From assembly GCA_965201075.1 (NCBI GenBank), contig CBDAVP010000013.1:1-64000 (forward strand): DNA of 64,000 nt. Reading direction: 5' to 3'. Both the position numbers and the translations under genes were made by a program. The notes beneath the pieces are model-generated. The model was given only the letters and a program-made list of their open reading frames with translations. It was not told where the DNA came from and made no database searches. Shown here one piece after another: positions 1 through 9,846 of the stretch (positions are counted from its first letter, which is position 1; every line of letters starts with the position of its first letter). This DNA is from Isosphaeraceae bacterium. Lineage in GTDB: Bacteria; Planctomycetota; Planctomycetia; Isosphaerales; Isosphaeraceae.

Positions 1-1793
1 AGGACGGGCAAGCCGGCGGTGCGGGGGTCGGCGCGGAGGTTCGTCAGGGTGTCGACGGTGCGCCAGGCCCCCTGGAGGCCGCTGGGCTCCAGCAGCAGGA
101 GTTCGACGTCGGCGGAATCGGCCGCGGCGCGGAAGCCGTCCTCGCCGGTGGTGACGGCCGAGGCGTCGTAGCCGATCTCTCGGAGGAAGGCGGCGACGCG
201 GTTGCCGCGGTTGGTGTTGCCGTCGACGACCACGGCGCGGGGCTCGACGGGGTTGGGGGCGACGAAGCGGGCGAGGGTCGGGACGACGCGGGCCGAGCCG
301 GGGAACGGCCGAGAGGGGTCGAGGTCGACCAGGGCCCGAGCGGCGGCGAACTGGACGCGACGGTCGGGGGCGGTGAGGGCCTCGACCAGCGGGCCGGGGC
401 GGGTACGGAGGGCCTCGACCTCGGGGGTCATCGTCGTGCCGCAGGGAGCGGTGACTGGCGGGCAGGGGGAGCCGCTGGCCGAGGGGTCGGGGGTGACGGC
501 GACCGTGCCCGAGGCGCCGGGCTCGATGGGGCCGCCGTTGGGAGAGGGGGCGGCGGGGCTGCCGACTCGGCCGAGGGCGGTGGCGGCGGCGACGGCCAGG
601 TCGGTTTGGCCGCCGGCGATGGCCCGTTGCAGGACAACCTGAAGGATGGCAGGGCCGGCGGACAGGGCGGTCGGCCAGGCCCTGGCCGGGTCGTCCACGG
701 GGAACCGCGACGGGCCGACGCGCTCGATCCCCTTGGACAGCACGAGGCCGACGAAGGTGGCCTGGGCGTCGGTGTCGGTGGGCGTGAGGCTCAGGGCCTG
801 GCGGGCGTAGCGGAGGCCGAGTTCTCCCTCGGCGTCGGATTTGGAGACTTCGCGGGCGGCGGGGCGGTCGCCAGCCCAGTCCCAGAGCTCGACGCGGTCG
901 CCGGGGAAATCGACGCCGTGCATGAGGTAGCGGCGGGCCTCGTCGGCCAGGAGTCGGGCGGGGGTTCGGGGCTGGGCGGCGAAGGGGCGGCCGGTCATGC
1001 GGGCGATGGCGCGTTGGGCGGCGTCGCGGGCCGACTCGGGGGCGTCGGGGCGGGCGGCCAGTTCGGAGAGCGCGGTGAGGGCGCGGCGATCGCCGATCTG
1101 GCCGAGGATCTCGGCGGCGTCAACGACCAGGCCGGGAATGGGGGATTCCAGGGTGGCGACCCAGGGGGGGACGCTGGCCGAGCCCAGCCGGGCGGAGTTG
1201 GCGACGATCAAAGCGCGGTCGGCCGGCGACTTGTTGGCGTCGTTGAGGGCCACGACGAGGGGGGGGACGGCGTAGGGGCCGGCGTCTCGGAGGCGGTCGA
1301 CGGCGAGGTCCTGCTCGGCGGGGCTGGCGGAGAGGCCGTCGATCGCCTGGAGGATTTGCCGAGGGTCGGTGGCGACGCGACGGGAGGCGGCGGCGAGGCG
1401 GGCGAGCAAGGGTCGCGAGAGGGGGCGGGTTTCGGGGAAGTCGGCCAGACGCATGGCCGCGCCGACGCCTCCCTCGTCGCGGATCTGAAGGAGAGTGGCG
1501 TCGTCGGGGTTGCCGTCGAGGAACTTCTGGAGGTAGGGGGCGGCCTGACCAGCCTGTCCGGAGCGGACGAGGTATTCGCCGGCCTCCCAGAGTTCCAGGG
1601 GGGTGCGGGGCTCTCCGGCGAAGGACTCGGGGCCGGGGGCCTGCGCGAGGGCGGGGGCGAAGGTGTCGAGGGCCGGTGCGCTGAGGGCCGCCAGGGCCAG
1701 GGCCGCGAGGGCTCCTCGACGACGCAGGGCCCGCCAGGCTCGACGGTCTCGGCGGGGGCGTGGCTCGCGATCCGGGACGAGGGTGCGTCGCAT
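1..1793 (-). CDS. HEAT/PBS-lyase-repeat protein with a C-terminal receiver-like domain (runs off the window start)
   Basis: Read by eye; absent from the ORF track because its stop lies outside the window. ATG at 1793. Hydrophobic N-region (GALAALALAAL), HEAT-like repeats (AVPPLVVAL, DAAEILGQIGDRRAL, RVQFAAARAL), CheY-like segment (RAVVVDGN..AFLREIGYDA..DVELLLLE..NLRADPRTAGLPV). Confidence 0.7.
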   Translation of the reverse strand, partial: MRRTLVPDREPRPRRDRRAWRALRRRGALAALALAALSAPALDTFAPALAQAPGPESFAGEPRTPLELWEAGEYLVRSGQAGQAAPYLQKFLDGNPDDATLLQIRDEGGVGAAMRLADFPETRPLSRPLLARLAAASRRVATDPRQILQAIDGLSASPAEQDLAVDRLRDAGPYAVPPLVVALNDANKSPADRALIVANSARLGSASVPPWVATLESPIPGLVVDAAEILGQIGDRRALTALSELAARPDAPESARDAAQRAIARMTGRPFAAQPRTPARLLADEARRYLMHGVDFPGDRVELWDWAGDRPAAREVSKSDAEGELGLRYARQALSLTPTDTDAQATFVGLVLSKGIERVGPSRFPVDDPARAWPTALSAGPAILQVVLQRAIAGGQTDLAVAAATALGRVGSPAAPSPNGGPIEPGASGTVAVTPDPSASGSPCPPVTAPCGTTMTPEVEALRTRPGPLVEALTAPDRRVQFAAARALVDLDPSRPFPGSARVVPTLARFVAPNPVEPRAVVVDGNTNRGNRVAAFLREIGYDASAVTTGEDGFRAAADSADVELLLLEPSGLQGAWRTVDTLTNLRADPRTAGLPV

Positions 1794-2012
1794 GGGCTCT
1801 ACTTCCGCCCCGATCGGGGCCAGCGGGGTCGTTGGGGGCTTGATCCTTCCGGGTGGCCGAGGCCGTCTCCGCTTGAATCAGTCCTGACCTTCTTTTCCTT
1901 GCCCGACCCGCCCTGCCCCGCCCTACTCTACCCTGTCTCGTCGTCCGCCCGGGTCGTTGCGAGCCGGGCGAAGCGGACGGGGTGAGACGAGACCGGATCG
2001 GATCGGTTCAGG

Positions 2013-3302
2013 TCAATTCAGGCCCTCGCGTTCGGGGCCGAGGAGGTCGTCGAGGGTTTCGCGGCGACGGACGAGGCGGGCCGAGGCGCCTTCGACGAGG
2101 ACCTCGGCGGCTCGGGGTCGGGTGTTGTAGTTGGAGGCCATGACCATGCCGTAGGCCCCGGCCGAGAAGGTGGCCAGCAGGTCACCGCGGTCGAGGGGAG
2201 GCAAGGCGCGGTCCTTGGCCAGGAAGTCGCCGCTCTCGCAAACCGGCCCGACGACGTCCCAGGGCTCGGTGCCCGGGATGGGCGCCTCGTAGTCGGACGG
2301 AGGGGCGGGCAGTCCGGGGGGGACCGTCGCCGGCCAGATCCGGTGGAACGACTCGTAGAGGGCTGGGCGGATCAGGTCGTTCATGGCGGCGTCCTGGATC
2401 AGGAACCGCTTCTCACCCGACTGCTTGGTATATAACACACGGCTGACCAAAATGCCGGCATTCCCGGCGATGACCCGGCCGGGTTCCAGCGCTAATCGGC
2501 AGCCGGTGGCCTGGATTCCGGGGACGATGGCGCGGGCGAACTCGGCGATCGGGCGGGCCTCGGTTCCCCGGTAGTTGATCCCGAAGCCGCCTCCCATGTT
2601 GTACCAGGTGACCGGGTGGCCCATCGCCCGGAGCTGACCGACGATCTCGACTCCCTTGGCCACGGCGCCCGAATAGGGCTCGCTGGTGGTGATTTGCGAG
2701 CCGATGTGCATGTGCATGCCGATGATCCGCACGCCCGGGGTGGCGCGCGCGGTCTCCGCCAGGCGGAGGCCGCGGTCGATGTCCATGCCGAACTTCGACT
2801 CCTTCTTGCCGGTGGAGATGTACCGGTGAGTCTTGGGGTCGACGTCGGGATTGATCCGCGGGGCGATGGGCGCCTCGACGCCCAGGTTTTGGGCAACGCG
2901 GGCGATGGCGAAGAATTCGGCCTCGCTCTCGACGTTGAACATCAGGACGCCGGCCTTGAGGGCGTCGGCGATCTCGGCATCGGTCTTGCCCACGCCGGCG
3001 AAGACGGTCTTGCCCGGGTCACCCCCGGCGGCCTGGACTCGGTACAACTCGCCGCCGGAGACCACGTCGAACCCGCTGCCGTGGCCGCCCAGCAGTTTCA
3101 GGATGCCCAGGTTCGAGTTTGCCTTGACCGAGTAGCAGACCAAAGGGTCGACCGCGGCGAACGATTCCTGCAAGAGCTTGAGGTGATGCAGCAGGGTCGC
3201 CGTACTATAAAGGTAAAGCGGCGTGCCGAATTGCTCGGCCAGGTCGGCGACCCGGGCGTCCTCGCAGTAGAGGTCGCGGTCTCGGTAGTGGAAGTGGTCC
3301 AT
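2013..3302 (-). CDS. lysA: Diaminopimelate decarboxylase
   Basis: FGTPLYLYS, YSVKANSN (PLP lysine), DVVSGGEL, HMHIGSQI, EPGR, GPVCESGD, GAYGMVMASNYNTRPR. Start placed at ATG 3302 (MDHFHY) after AGGA. Confidence 0.96.
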   Translation of the reverse strand: MDHFHYRDRDLYCEDARVADLAEQFGTPLYLYSTATLLHHLKLLQESFAAVDPLVCYSVKANSNLGILKLLGGHGSGFDVVSGGELYRVQAAGGDPGKTVFAGVGKTDAEIADALKAGVLMFNVESEAEFFAIARVAQNLGVEAPIAPRINPDVDPKTHRYISTGKKESKFGMDIDRGLRLAETARATPGVRIIGMHMHIGSQITTSEPYSGAVAKGVEIVGQLRAMGHPVTWYNMGGGFGINYRGTEARPIAEFARAIVPGIQATGCRLALEPGRVIAGNAGILVSRVLYTKQSGEKRFLIQDAAMNDLIRPALYESFHRIWPATVPPGLPAPPSDYEAPIPGTEPWDVVGPVCESGDFLAKDRALPPLDRGDLLATFSAGAYGMVMASNYNTRPRAAEVLVEGASARLVRRRETLDDLLGPEREGLN

Positions 3303-3571
3303 GGGTTCCTGCTTAACAACGGGCGTGATGGCCACGCCGGGGGATTGGGTGAAAGGGCCGCGAGGAATTCGACGACCGTGACGTTGGCCGAACGAAAGAG
3401 GGACCAGAGCGTTTCTTTGGCCACCGCTTTGTGGTCGGGGATGGACAGGGTGGCCGCCTCATCGTCCCGAGTCATGACAATATGCCCGCTGTTGTGGCGG
3501 GCGACCAACCCTCCGAGCCGCTCGAAGGCTTTGGCGGCCTCGCGACCGCTCACGAGTGGCAGAGAGGGCAT
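3098..3571 (-). CDS. hicA: HicA-family toxin, probably degenerate (stop codon apparently lost, reads on into lysA)
   Basis: The first 73 aa are HicA-like (LPLVSGREAAKAFERLG..SGHIVM..LSIPDHKAVAKETL..VVEFLAAL). Codon 74 is TCA where a stop would be expected. Directly downstream of hicB. Confidence 0.72.
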   Translation of the reverse strand: MPSLPLVSGREAAKAFERLGGLVARHNSGHIVMTRDDEAATLSIPDHKAVAKETLWSLFRSANVTVVEFLAALSPNPPAWPSRPLLSRNPWTTSTTETATSTARTPGSPTWPSNSARRFTFIVRRPCCITSSSCRNRSPRSTLWSATRSRQTRTWAS

Positions 3572-3777
3572 TACACGACGACCTCAATCTGGCGAGATTC
3601 GACCGTCAGGGACAAGCTCCTCTCTGCCCGGACCTCAAGGCAGACCTTGATGGCGTCCTTCACGTTCGCGAGGGCCTGGTCTTTCGTCGCCCCCTGGCTG
3701 ACGCATCCGGGGATGCTGGGACATTCGACGACCCAGATGCCGTCCTCGTCGCGGTCGATTGTCACGGTGAAGGTCAT
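3571..3777 (-). CDS. hicB: HicB-family antitoxin (short form)
   Basis: FTVTIDRDEDGIWVVECPSIPGCVSQGATKDQALANVKDAI is the HicB signature; stop overlaps the hicA start. Confidence 0.9.
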   Translation of the reverse strand: MTFTVTIDRDEDGIWVVECPSIPGCVSQGATKDQALANVKDAIKVCLEVRAERSLSLTVESRQIEVVV

Positions 3778-3825
3778 GCGTCGCCTTTCCTGGCGTGAGG
3801 ATTGGGTGATCCTGCAGACCAGGAA

Positions 3826-4101
3826 TCACTCGCGCGGACTTTGGCGTCGAAAACGAACCGAGATTGATTCTTCATCGACGATTGATTGGAGAAGTTCCGG
3901 GGTCAACCCCCGAGCCTCGGCCTGGTTGGCGATCCGATTCAGGATTTCGTGGAGAGAGGCGGTCGGAGGCTTCACGATCTCCTGGAGCCGGAGCTCGAGC
4001 AGGAGTTGCAGTTTCCGCCGCGTTTCGGGTGACGCATCGAGGTAAGCTTTCGCCGCCTCGGCATCCACGTCGATCGTGAGGGGTAGGGTTGGTGCGCTCA
4101 T
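3826..4101 (-). CDS. Small antitoxin-like hypothetical protein without an adjacent toxin
   Basis: LTIDVDAEAAKAYLDASPETRRKLQ..QAEARGLTPELLQSI resembles small proteins I recall preceding PIN toxins. Confidence 0.55.
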   Translation of the reverse strand: MSAPTLPLTIDVDAEAAKAYLDASPETRRKLQLLLELRLQEIVKPPTASLHEILNRIANQAEARGLTPELLQSIVDEESISVRFRRQSPRE

Positions 4102-4136
4102 CGTTCGGTTTCATCTAAAGATGTCATCGACCGGGA

Positions 4137-4586
4137 TCAGATCGCCCGGAACCAATCTGGCTCAACCGTGATTTGTTCGACGAATTCGACTTTGACCCCG
4201 AGCCCGAGTTCACGCAATTTGTCGGCCAGGCTCTCGCCATCGAGCAGGTCAATCGGAGGGACGCTGTCTCGCGTGGGCTCCTTGACCGCATCTTTCGTGA
4301 ATGACCCGGGCGTGATGAACAGGCTCTTGTGGGGCCGCGCGACCACCGTGCCGCGGAAGTCGCGGATCTCGCCGGCCGAGACATCCCAGCTTACCCGTTC
4401 TCTCTCGATTCCGGACAAGGAAGTTGGCTCCGTCGGTCTCTCGGGATGACCCGTCCCGGCGCTCGCGAGGGTCGGGCCGCGTTGGTCGGAGGTTGACCCC
4501 TCGACGCCTTCAAGAATCGCGGTCGCCTTTGCGGCGTGATTGAAGGTCTGGAGCCCCGAAACGGGATCGGGAGGACAGGCCTGCAT
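4137..4586 (-). pseudogene. Mrr-like restriction endonuclease remnant
   Basis: The C-terminus EIRDFRGTVV..KSLFITPGSFTKDAVKE.TRD.VPPIDLLDGESLADKLRELGLGV..EPDWF matches Mrr C-termini, but the D..QxK catalytic core and N-terminal domain are absent. Confidence 0.7.
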
Positions 4587-4651
4587 TTGTCGTCCTAATT
4601 GGCGGATTCGGGTGATTGTGATAGTTTGGATTGACCAGGAAAGGGGGTGTC

Positions 4652-4930
4652 ATGACGATTCTTTTACCCGCGCACCTGGAAACCCGTCTTCGAGCGGCGG
4701 TCCAAGGCGGACGGTTCGCCTCGGTCGATGACGCCATGGCCGAGGCCGCCCGGCTGTTGCTCCGTGAACTGGATCGGACGGGAATGGTCACCACCGGGAG
4801 CGACGAGGACAGGTCGGGGCTCGGCTCGATCGGGGCGATGAGGGACGCGGCCGAGGAGCTCGATCAGGTCGTCGCCGACGCCTATCACCACCGTCGGGAA
4901 GATTCCTGGCGGGACTTCGCCGTTGAATAA
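4652..4930 (+). CDS. RHH/ParD-like antitoxin
   Basis: MTILLPAHLETRLRAAVQGGRFASVDDAMAEAARLL; overlaps the start of the PIN toxin gene. Confidence 0.75.
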   Translation: MTILLPAHLETRLRAAVQGGRFASVDDAMAEAARLLLRELDRTGMVTTGSDEDRSGLGSIGAMRDAAEELDQVVADAYHHRREDSWRDFAVE

Positions 4931-5351
4931 GGCTCTGCTCGACACCGACACCTATTCCGAGGTTCTCAAGGCCGTCGATCCGAACGTCCTCAGCCACGCC
5001 ACCGCTTATCGCCGGGATCAGGGAGTCCTGACGGTTTCGGCCGTGACCGTGATGGAAGTTGTTCGCGGGCTTCAGAAAACCCAGAGCTTGCGGAGACTCC
5101 AGCGTTTCCTGGATGCTGTGGCCCTGGAGGAAGTGCTTGGCTTTGACGAGACCGCCGGAGAACTGGCCGGGCGGATCGCTGGCGACCTGGAGCGTGCCGG
5201 GCGGCCCATCGGCGTGGCCGACCCCATGATCGCGGCGATCGCCCTGATCCATGGTCTGGAACTGGTCACGGGGAACACCGCCCATTTTGAGCGCATCCAG
5301 CAACTTGGGTATTCCCTGTCCCTGGTCAATTGGCGAAGTTCGTCCCATTAG
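4923..5351 (+). CDS. vapC: VapC-family PIN-domain toxin
   Basis: ALLDTDTYSE, SAVTVMEV, GRPIGVADPMIAAIAL.HGLELVTGNTAHFERI. Confidence 0.9.
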   Translation: MNKALLDTDTYSEVLKAVDPNVLSHATAYRRDQGVLTVSAVTVMEVVRGLQKTQSLRRLQRFLDAVALEEVLGFDETAGELAGRIAGDLERAGRPIGVADPMIAAIALIHGLELVTGNTAHFERIQQLGYSLSLVNWRSSSH

Positions 5352-6223
5352 CCCTTCCTCAGGACCGCGCGCCGAGCCATGTCATCCCCGCCGGGGAGGT
5401 CGTCGGGACCCAGCGCGGCGTGGCCGGCTTCGAGGGTTTGGGGGTTGGCCCCTTGCGAGCCTTCCCAGCCCCCTTTTCGGTGGTACTGGAGGCAGCGGCC
5501 GTAGAAGCTGTCGAGTTGCTGGCCGGTGATTGGATCGAGGAAGGAGACCTCGTCGAGGATGTCTTCCCAGGACAGGCAGCCGACTTCGACCCGGGCCAGG
5601 GTGGGCTCGAACCAGTCGCGGAACCAGTCGTTGCGGGCCCCTTCATAAGCGGCGACTCGGGTTTCGACCTTGCGGCGGAGAGAGTCGTGCGAGAGTTCCC
5701 GGACGAAGGCTCCGTCGTCGATGCGGACCCTGGGGGCGACGACCAGGAAGGCCAGGGTTTCCAGGCGGTTGGGGGGGCGCTCGGCCCTTCGGAGGGTCTC
5801 GGCGATGCAGGCGATGTTGCGCGCGGCCTGGTCGAAGTCGGGGGCGTTTTTTACCCCTGGGGAAAGACGGCTGCGGAGCTTGGCCTCGACGACCACGAAC
5901 TGGCCGGCTCCGGGGGCCATCGTCAGGTCGACCTGACCCCGGTCTCCGACGGTGAAGTGGCCGAGGACTCCGTCGGCGTGGGTGCGGGATTCGGCCAGGG
6001 GGTCGGCCCGGTAGCGCGGGAGGAAGGCCGAGGGGAGCCAGGCTTCGGAGAACCAGGAGGCTCCGGCGGTGGGGACCAGTGGGCCGCCCTCCTCGCCACG
6101 GTTTGCGTACCAGTCGAGCACCAGGCGCAGGAGCCAGTTCTCGTTGAACAGGACCGCCGGGGGGAACGGGGCGTCGCCCCCTTCGCAGGCCCGGAGCATC
6201 GATCGGATGCGGTCGGTAATCAT
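5348..6223 (-). CDS. Hypothetical protein with a PD-(D/E)xK-like motif
   Basis: Codon-like ORF with LFNENWLLR, THADGVLG and VVVEAKL.S.LS.GV; start placed at ATG 6223. Confidence 0.55.
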   Translation of the reverse strand: MITDRIRSMLRACEGGDAPFPPAVLFNENWLLRLVLDWYANRGEEGGPLVPTAGASWFSEAWLPSAFLPRYRADPLAESRTHADGVLGHFTVGDRGQVDLTMAPGAGQFVVVEAKLRSRLSPGVKNAPDFDQAARNIACIAETLRRAERPPNRLETLAFLVVAPRVRIDDGAFVRELSHDSLRRKVETRVAAYEGARNDWFRDWFEPTLARVEVGCLSWEDILDEVSFLDPITGQQLDSFYGRCLQYHRKGGWEGSQGANPQTLEAGHAALGPDDLPGGDDMARRAVLRKG

Positions 6224-6269
6224 GGGAAGAGTTGCCGGCGGGGTGGGGCCGGTCGTGTTTTGGCGGGGC

Positions 6270-7658
6270 TCAGGCGCCCGGGGCCAGGGCGCGTTGCCAG
6301 CGGTCAAGTTGCGCGGCGACCTCGGCCGGGGCTGTTGAGCCGTAGGAGCGGAACGCCTGGACCGCGTGGTTGACGCCCAGCGCGTTGCGAACGTCGGCGC
6401 GGGCCAGCGAGGGGTGGGCGGAGGTGAGGTCTTCGGGCGGCAAATCGGCGAGTCGGCAGCCCTTGCGCTCGCAGAGGGCGACGAGCTTGCCGACGACCTC
6501 GTGACCGGTGCGCTGGGGAACTCCGGCCTTGATGAGCCATTCCATCAGGGTCGTGGCATCGAGGTAGCCTTCCTCTAGGCGTCCGGCGATGACGTCGGTG
6601 CGGAGGCTGGCCCCCTCGACGACCACGGCGGCCAGTTCCAGGCAGGATTCGACGGTGTCGAAGGCGTCGAAGAGCGGCCCCTTGTCCTCCTGGAGGTCGC
6701 GGTTGTAGGCCAGGGGCAGTCCTTTGAGCAGGACCAGCAGCGTGGTCAGGGCGCCGACGACCCGGGCGGCCCGGCCTCGGATCAGCTCGCAGACGTCGGG
6801 GTTTTTCTTCTGGGGCATGATGCTGCTGCCGGTGCAAACCGCGTCGGGCAGCTTCAGGAAGGAGAATTCCTGAGTGCTCCAGAGGACCCATTCCTCGGCC
6901 CAGCCGGAGAGGTGCTCGGCGACCATCGTCAGGACGAAGACCGCCTCGACGGCGAAGTCGCGGTCGCTGGAAACGTCCATGCTGTTGGCGGCGACCCCGG
7001 CGAAACCCAGGGCGTCGGCGACAAACTGACGGTCGATCGGCAGGGTCGTGCCGGCCAGCGCCGCGGCTCCCAGGGGGAGGATGTTCAGTCGCTTGCGGCA
7101 GTCAGTCAGGCGGTCGCGGTCTCGGGCGAGCTTCTCGACGTAGGCCAGGAAGTAGTGCGGGGCGAGGACCGGCTGGGCCCTTTGAAGGTGGGTGTAACCG
7201 GGCAGGATGACGGTTTGGTGGCGGGTGGCGGCTCCAACGAAGGCGCGCTGGAGGTCGGCCAGGCGGGCGTCAACGCGGTCGAGGGCGTCACGGGTCCAGA
7301 GCTTAACGTCGGTGGCGACCTGGTCGTTGCGGCTGCGGGCAGTGTGGAGCTTGCGGCCGGTATCACCGATGCGGTCGATCAGCGCCGCCTCGATGTTCAT
7401 GTGGATGTCTTCCCGCTCCAGGAGGAACGGGAAGGCGCCGTTGGCGATCTCGGCCTGAATTTCTGTCAACCCCTGCACAATTTGTCCGCATTCGGCGTCG
7501 GTGAGCAAATCGACACTGGCGAGCATCCACGCGTGGGCGATCGAGGCCCGGATGTCGTGCTCGAACAGCCGACGATCCAAGGAGATCGATTCAGTGAACG
7601 TTTCGACACGACGGTCGGTCGCTTGCTCGAACCGTCCGCCCCAGGCCTTGCTCGCCAC
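6270..7658 (-). CDS. argH: Argininosuccinate lyase
   Basis: [67 protein letters not shown]. Confidence 0.97.
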   Translation of the reverse strand: MASKAWGGRFEQATDRRVETFTESISLDRRLFEHDIRASIAHAWMLASVDLLTDAECGQIVQGLTEIQAEIANGAFPFLLEREDIHMNIEAALIDRIGDTGRKLHTARSRNDQVATDVKLWTRDALDRVDARLADLQRAFVGAATRHQTVILPGYTHLQRAQPVLAPHYFLAYVEKLARDRDRLTDCRKRLNILPLGAAALAGTTLPIDRQFVADALGFAGVAANSMDVSSDRDFAVEAVFVLTMVAEHLSGWAEEWVLWSTQEFSFLKLPDAVCTGSSIMPQKKNPDVCELIRGRAARVVGALTTLLVLLKGLPLAYNRDLQEDKGPLFDAFDTVESCLELAAVVVEGASLRTDVIAGRLEEGYLDATTLMEWLIKAGVPQRTGHEVVGKLVALCERKGCRLADLPPEDLTSAHPSLARADVRNALGVNHAVQAFRSYGSTAPAEVAAQLDRWQRALAPGA

Positions 7659-7712
7659 CTCGTTCGCCCCCTTGAACTGCGTAAAACCGTGGCACTCCGC
7701 CCGTCTGGCTTG

Positions 7713-7742
7713 AGTCTAGGGGGGGCGGCGAGGCGTTGTCAA
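7713..7742 (-). promoter_or_regulatory. Putative sigma70 promoter for argH
   Basis: Minus strand TTGACA-N18-TAGACT, about 55 bp upstream of the argH start. Confidence 0.5.
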
Positions 7743-9838
7743 CGGCGGGAGGTGGCTTCGGGGGTTGTGAGCGTTTTGAGGGTTGTCACGTCGAGGGCCT
7801 GGTCGAATGGGGCGAGCTTCTCGTAAAGCTCGGCCAGGCGACGGGCGTGGTCGGGGCTGGCGTGGGCGTAGGTCCGGAGGCCGCGGAGGACGTCGGCGCG
7901 TTCGGCCTCGGGGCGGTCGAGGGTCTGGAGGCGGGAGGGGAGCCATTCCCGGCCGTTGTAGCGGGCCATCAGGCGGCGGAGCTTGGTGGGGGTGAGTTGG
8001 TCCAGCGGGACCTGGCCGTTCAGGACGTGGTTGAAGAAGGTTTCGCGGGTCGGGCCGTAGGCGTATTTCTGGTGGCCGACGGTGGGTTCGGGCGGACCTT
8101 CGTCAATGATGGCGATCGACCATTGTCGAGAGGCGCTCACGGGCATTTCGAAGGAGCCGGGCTTGCCGGGACCGTTGGGGGTGTCCTGGAGGGCGGTGCC
8201 GGGGGGAACCTTGATCGGGAAAGCCTCGAAGCGGTCCTCGGGCAGGGCTTCGGCGAGGGTCAGGCGGCCGTTGGGGGTGGAGACCAGGGCCTTGGCGGCC
8301 ATCGCGTAGCCTGGGGGGAATTTGGCGGGGTCGAACGGCTGGACCCAGCGGGCGCCGATTTGATCCATCGGGACGAGGACGTCGGCGGTGGACCAGCAGA
8401 CCGAGACCGGGGCGGTGATCGTGTCGAGTTGCGCGATCGGGGAGGCGGCGAACCAGTTGGCGTCGCCGTAGTCGGGGCCGTAAACGTCGAGGCAGGGTTT
8501 CAGCAGCGTGCCGACCCCGTAAGTGACGGGAACGCGGGAGGGTGCGCCGGGTTTGGGGGGTCCGACCTTGTCGAGCTGGGAGAAGAGGAAGGCGCCGTTG
8601 TAGCCCCAGTTGACCGGCGGGACGTCGGGGACGGCACCGGCCAGGGGGAAGGTTTCGGCGGCGAGTCGGAGGGTCATCCAGCCCCCGGCGCTGCCGCCGC
8701 CAATCAGGACGCGCGTGTCGTCGACCCAGGGCAAGGCCCTCAGCAGGTGAAGCAGGGCGATGTCGGGGTTGGCGGTGCGGATCAAGGGGTTGGTGGGGAG
8801 GTCCCGGGGGGAGGAGACGATCCACCCCTTGTCGAGGTAAGGGCGTTCGGCGCCTTCGGGCAGTTCGTAGCCGGCGTAGAAGAACAAAGGGCGGCGGCCC
8901 TTGGCTCCGGCGACGGGGTTGGGCGGGTCGGGCAGGAAGAGCTTGGCGAGGGCTTCCTTCTCGGCGCCATGCTCGTCTCGATAGGTAAAGCTGGTGAGCA
9001 GTCGGGCGGCGGGTTGGCCTCCCCCGGAGGCGAGGGCGTGGCTGTTGACGCGGAGGTGGCCGGGATCGGCCTGGGCGAGCGTTTTGGCGGCGTCCCCGAT
9101 CCAGGCCGGACCCTGGAGGGCGGAGAGGTCGTCGGGCGGGGCGTTGGCGGCGAGGGCCAGGGTTCCCCAGGCGGCCAGGGTGTCCATTTGCGGGCCGAAC
9201 AGACCGCCGAGGTGGGCGTGGGTGATGGGGACCTGGAAACCGTCGGCGAACAGAATGTTGAACCGGAGGGTGTCGCCGGGCTTGGCCTGGAGGTCGTCGG
9301 GGTCGCCGGAGGCGAGGGGGACGGCCCATTCGAAGGTGCAGGCGCCGTCGGCCCGCTTCATGGCGCCTCGGCCGTCCTGGTGGGGGTCGTCGACGTCATC
9401 CTTGCCCTTGCCGACGACGGCCTTGTCTCGATAGAGGCCGCTGGCGACGAGTTTGCGGTCGTCGTGGGCCTTGACGGCATCGCCCTGGGCGAATCCCAGA
9501 ATCGCCGCGTCGAGGCGCAGGGGCGAGAGGCTGTCGTCGGCGGTGGTGTCGGGGACTTTCAGGGCGATGTAGAGGATCTTGTCCGAGTTCTTGAGTCGCA
9601 GCTCGCAGGCGCGGACCTCGTTGGCGAGCGGTTCGAGGCGGATCAGGGCCATCGGGAACTTCAGCGCGGGGGCGTCTTGCCATTCCTCAACGTCGAGGAC
9701 GCCGTCGATGGTCGGCGTCTTCTGGGACGGGGCGGATTTCAGGTCCTTGGGCAGGGGCGGCTCGTCGGCGAGGGCTTGTCGCGAGTCGCCGAGGGCGAGG
9801 AGGAACGTCGCGACGAGGAGGAGTCTGTAGGCGTTCAT
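7739..9838 (-). CDS. Secreted alpha/beta-hydrolase with an N-terminal CBM9/DOMON-like domain
   Basis: Signal peptide (..QALA-DE), PTIDGVLDVEEW..LYIALKVPD..TFEWAVPL sugar-binding-like domain, nucleophile elbow GGSAGG. Confidence 0.65.
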   Translation of the reverse strand: MNAYRLLLVATFLLALGDSRQALADEPPLPKDLKSAPSQKTPTIDGVLDVEEWQDAPALKFPMALIRLEPLANEVRACELRLKNSDKILYIALKVPDTTADDSLSPLRLDAAILGFAQGDAVKAHDDRKLVASGLYRDKAVVGKGKDDVDDPHQDGRGAMKRADGACTFEWAVPLASGDPDDLQAKPGDTLRFNILFADGFQVPITHAHLGGLFGPQMDTLAAWGTLALAANAPPDDLSALQGPAWIGDAAKTLAQADPGHLRVNSHALASGGGQPAARLLTSFTYRDEHGAEKEALAKLFLPDPPNPVAGAKGRRPLFFYAGYELPEGAERPYLDKGWIVSSPRDLPTNPLIRTANPDIALLHLLRALPWVDDTRVLIGGGSAGGWMTLRLAAETFPLAGAVPDVPPVNWGYNGAFLFSQLDKVGPPKPGAPSRVPVTYGVGTLLKPCLDVYGPDYGDANWFAASPIAQLDTITAPVSVCWSTADVLVPMDQIGARWVQPFDPAKFPPGYAMAAKALVSTPNGRLTLAEALPEDRFEAFPIKVPPGTALQDTPNGPGKPGSFEMPVSASRQWSIAIIDEGPPEPTVGHQKYAYGPTRETFFNHVLNGQVPLDQLTPTKLRRLMARYNGREWLPSRLQTLDRPEAERADVLRGLRTYAHASPDHARRLAELYEKLAPFDQALDVTTLKTLTTPEATSRR

Positions 9839-9846
9839 GTCTGGTC

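Noticed and set aside
606..1985. 459-aa plus-strand ORF, and similar long antisense ORFs (7736-10012, 26066-28108, 45051-47051, 54669-57386, 57426-59693)
   Set aside because: These are shadow ORFs opposite recognisable genes, as expected in high-GC DNA.
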